Source: Felis catus (Eukaryota). Taken from it: 64,000 nucleotides of DNA. Below are positions 61,256 to 64,000 of this stretch, one piece after another. The translations under genes were made by a program, and so were the position numbers. The number at the start of each line of letters is the position of its first letter. Position 1 is the stretch's first letter. Below the pieces are notes generated by a model. It did not search any database. It saw nothing but the letters and a program-made list of their open reading frames with translations, and was not told the origin of the DNA. Where the stretch lies: assembly GCF_018350175.1 (NCBI RefSeq), contig NC_058371.1:173910001-173974000 (forward strand), given 5' to 3'.

Positions 61256-61272
61256 AATAAGTAAATAAATAA
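61097..61272 (+). mobile_element. CanSINE with deleted A-box region
   Basis: GGGGCACCTAGG joined directly to GAGTTCAAGCCC; (CT)n and AATAAATAAA tail. Confidence 0.88.
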
Positions 61273-61959
61273 ACCTGGGGGAAAAAACCAAACCAGCCAG
61301 GAAACCGGGACACTGTGGGTTTTGCTTACAATTATTTAATTGCCTTCCCAGAGAAGTTGAACATAAGCACGAAAAAGAAAGGGTACCAAGTTTATGGTTG
61401 ATTCTTTTAAGTTCCTGTTCAGCTTCTCTGACCTCAGGGGTTCTAATAGCGAAGAGCAGGGACCTGCTGGAGCCAGGCAGGAATGAGGAAGAGGCCAAAT
61501 GACACATCCAGTTTCCTTTTTGCTTGTCAGTGTCTCCTTTACAATGTGGCTTCACCATTGTGTTTGGGGTGCATTGTACCCCAGACAGGTATGTGTAAAT
61601 ACTAGTATAAGAGCATGTTCAGAATATAATCATGTTCTGATTATTGATCAATATGAATTACCCACATCACTGTAAATTCCATTATATCCATTGGAGCAGG
61701 TACAGAAAAGGGACTTAGTGTGTACATTTATTTATTTGAAAATAAACCGGGTTATGGCTTACAATACGCTTACAAGTAAATACACATTATAAATCACTGA
61801 GGCCCCATAGCAACATTTAAAACTGGAGCATTAGTAACAAAAACATCACTTGTGCATGGTTTTAGGGAGGAAAAATAAAAAGAAATGAAATAATTAAACC
61901 AATGGCAATGAACTTTGAGGCAAGTAATCTTTTAAAACTGGCTCCCTCCCCACCCTCCT

Positions 61960-62330
61960 CTGCTTTCCTTCATCCAGTTGGTCTTAACTGAGTGTCTACT
62001 ATGTGCCAGGTATGCTGCTAGCAGTTCAGGATACAGTGCTGAGAGAAAATAGACAATGCTGAGAGAAAAAGCCATTATGGCGTTTACAGTCTAGTAGAGG
62101 TTGGTGGACTTGAATCATTGAATCCCACAAAGAAGTGTTTTATGACTTTTTTAGTCTTGTGAAGGAGAATAATATGGTACAATAAGAGCAAACCATTAGG
62201 AGGGCTACCCTACTTAGAGAGTCAGGGAAGCCTTCCTTAAGGAGGTGACTACCAGGCTATGATCTGATGGAAGAATTGGGGTTTGGGGTGGGCCATGAAT
62301 ATGCAGGGTGCGGGTGGCCAGAAACTGACA
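61960..62330 (-). mobile_element. L2 3' end
   Basis: ACTGAGTGTCTACTATGTGCCAGG ... GTCAGGGAAGCCTTCCTTAAGGAGGTGAC. Confidence 0.75.
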
Positions 62331-62337
62331 ATATTCT

Positions 62338-62536
62338 GGGACGCCTTGGTGGCTCAGTCGATTAAGCACCTGACTTTGGCTCAGGTCACGATCTCTCACA
62401 GTTCATGAGTTTGAGCCCTGCATCAGGCTCTGCACTGACAGTGTGGAGACTGCTTGGGATTCTCCCTCTGTCCCTCTCCCACTCATGCTTTCTCTCTCTT
62501 TCAAAATAAATAAAGAAACTTAAAAAAAAAAAAAAA
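62338..62536 (+). mobile_element. CanSINE
   Basis: GGGACGCCTTGGTGGCTCAG head and A-rich tail. Confidence 0.92.
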
Positions 62537-64000
62537 GAAACAAAACATTTCAATGTGCTTGCTGGCCACAACTCCAACATCAAACAAAACCCAGAACATA
62601 CATGTATTCTATACAGTAACTATGAAGGAAGTCGGGAACTGTATTTTTAAGTGGTGCCTTTTTGTGGAACTCTCTTGATAATTTTTTCAGTAATGATAGC
62701 AATCAGTCAGAAGCGATGACTGAAGTAAAAAAGATATGTTTATAGCCAGCAGTGTGGAGTGAGCTGTGCTATGGTCCTCAGTACATAATACAAAGGGTTT
62801 TGATCAAGCAAGTTGGTTAACGAGGCCTGTTAAAGGACCTTATACAATCTACATCTACTCTTCTTTTTATGGGAGTAAGAACTTACTGTAATGTAGATGA
62901 GGGAGGCTGTAAGAAACCTACAGAAGGAGCCTTTGGCTCCTCTTTTCCGGCCATCTGTGTAACATGCCGGGGGGCACCCTGGATCAACCAGGTGCTACCT
63001 TCTGTGCGTCATGAGGAGGAAGGAGATGTCAACCTATAGCAAGTATACCTAACAGATGATAACCAGAGCTATGCACTGTTACCTCTGAGGCCCAGAAAAC
63101 AAATCAACTGTAACCTGACATTGTTATCATTCCTATGGAAAGAATGTTTCAATCAGGAGTGTTGATTATAAAGGGATTGTAAGAAGAGATAGAGACAAAC
63201 CAAGTTGGTAGAACCCATCTAAGCTTGGCTCAGGGGGGAAAAAAGAGGCTGTACATAAGAATGCCTGGTTGATGGTATAGACTTACTAAATATACCTGAA
63301 TAAGTGAGTCACGTGAGACAAAGAAAACTCCATAGATGTATTTCTAGAAACCAAGTGTATTCTTGTGATTTGGGGGGACTTTTATTAATAATTATTGATA
63401 TTTATTTGCCTATAAATATTATAAATTTCCCCAGAAAATTCTTCCCGGAGCACCATATTTGTTTTCTGTCTTTGCATTTTTCTAAATATCCTAAAGTTTA
63501 ACTGGCCACAGCACCTGATGAAGATAACGTTAGGAGAGTTCCAGCCCTGGCAACTGTCATTCATGAGATATAAATCCCCAAAACTACTGTCCCTGAGACC
63601 ACTCAGTTTTAACGTTCATAGTTGGACACTGTGTTGGGGTCTAGTTTATCTCTCTTCCTCTGCTGTTATTTTATGAAGGAGAAAGTGGGAGTGTGAAAAA
63701 CTACATTCAGATATAAAGAGTTCACCTTCCCAGATGCTGCCAAGTATTCATATTCCAACATTTCTGAAAATATTAATCTACTATATCCCCTTCAACACAC
63801 CGACACTTCCCCGGCCATTCTTATTTGTGTAGATATGGTCTTAAAATGAGCTTGAAATGTAAAATAAATAAAATTGTTAGAAGCATGCATATCTTTAAGA
63901 GATGTACTCCAAGCAGAGAACAGTCCACAAGGAGTGTTTGTACTACACAGTATGAATATGAAGTTATTCATCTTCCTATGGTTGGCCACACGGACAGAGT

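Noticed and set aside
61561-61637. Short hairpin (61561-61587) and p53-like half-sites GAGCATGTTC / AATCATGTTC
   Set aside because: The hairpin relies on G-U pairs that become mismatches on the transcribed strand. The half-sites have a 7-nt spacer and a mismatch, so chance is likely.
653-62536. tRNA-like A/B boxes and a dispersed ~200-bp repeat that could suggest tRNA genes or an array
   Set aside because: These are SINE heads with CT tracts, A tails and TSDs. There is no cloverleaf and no regular repeat-spacer period, so neither tRNA nor CRISPR.
651-62583. Recurrent short ORFs with motifs like WVAQSVKRPTSAQVMISRFVSSSP
   Set aside because: Translations of CanSINE bodies, not a gene family.

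Overview
Mammalian genomic DNA from a feliform carnivore, most likely a felid: it is dense in tRNA-derived CanSINEs of the SINEC_Fc type and carries a young L1 3' fragment. The right third holds the 3' end of NWD2 (NACHT and WD repeat domain-containing 2) on the minus strand. This comprises a 590-nt coding exon with the Walker A motif (60319-60908), a 3933-nt terminal coding exon (51705-55637) and a ~2.3-kb 3'UTR ending at an AATAAA at 49437-49442. About 5 kb further along the minus strand is a CpG-island promoter (~43.7-45.1 kb) with an E-box/CCAAT module and two strong minus-strand splice donors. By recalled mammalian synteny this is the 5' end of PGCKA1 (C4orf19), so 1-44.3 kb is probably its long first intron. 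That stretch is mostly transposon debris (about 30 CanSINEs across the window, L1, L2, MIR, Tigger, MER5/MER20/Charlie, MaLR solo LTRs) plus one RPS27 processed pseudogene at a repeatedly reused insertion site. The N-runs behave like length-preserving masks rather than scaffold gaps. I found no convincing evidence of a previously undescribed biological system. The best leads are modest: the nested retro-insertion hotspot with a frame-rescued RPS27 zinc-finger ORF, the dual first-exon/uORF promoter, and the non-canonical STAND motifs of NWD2. Repeat subfamily names come from recalled consensus sequences and repeat boundaries are approximate.
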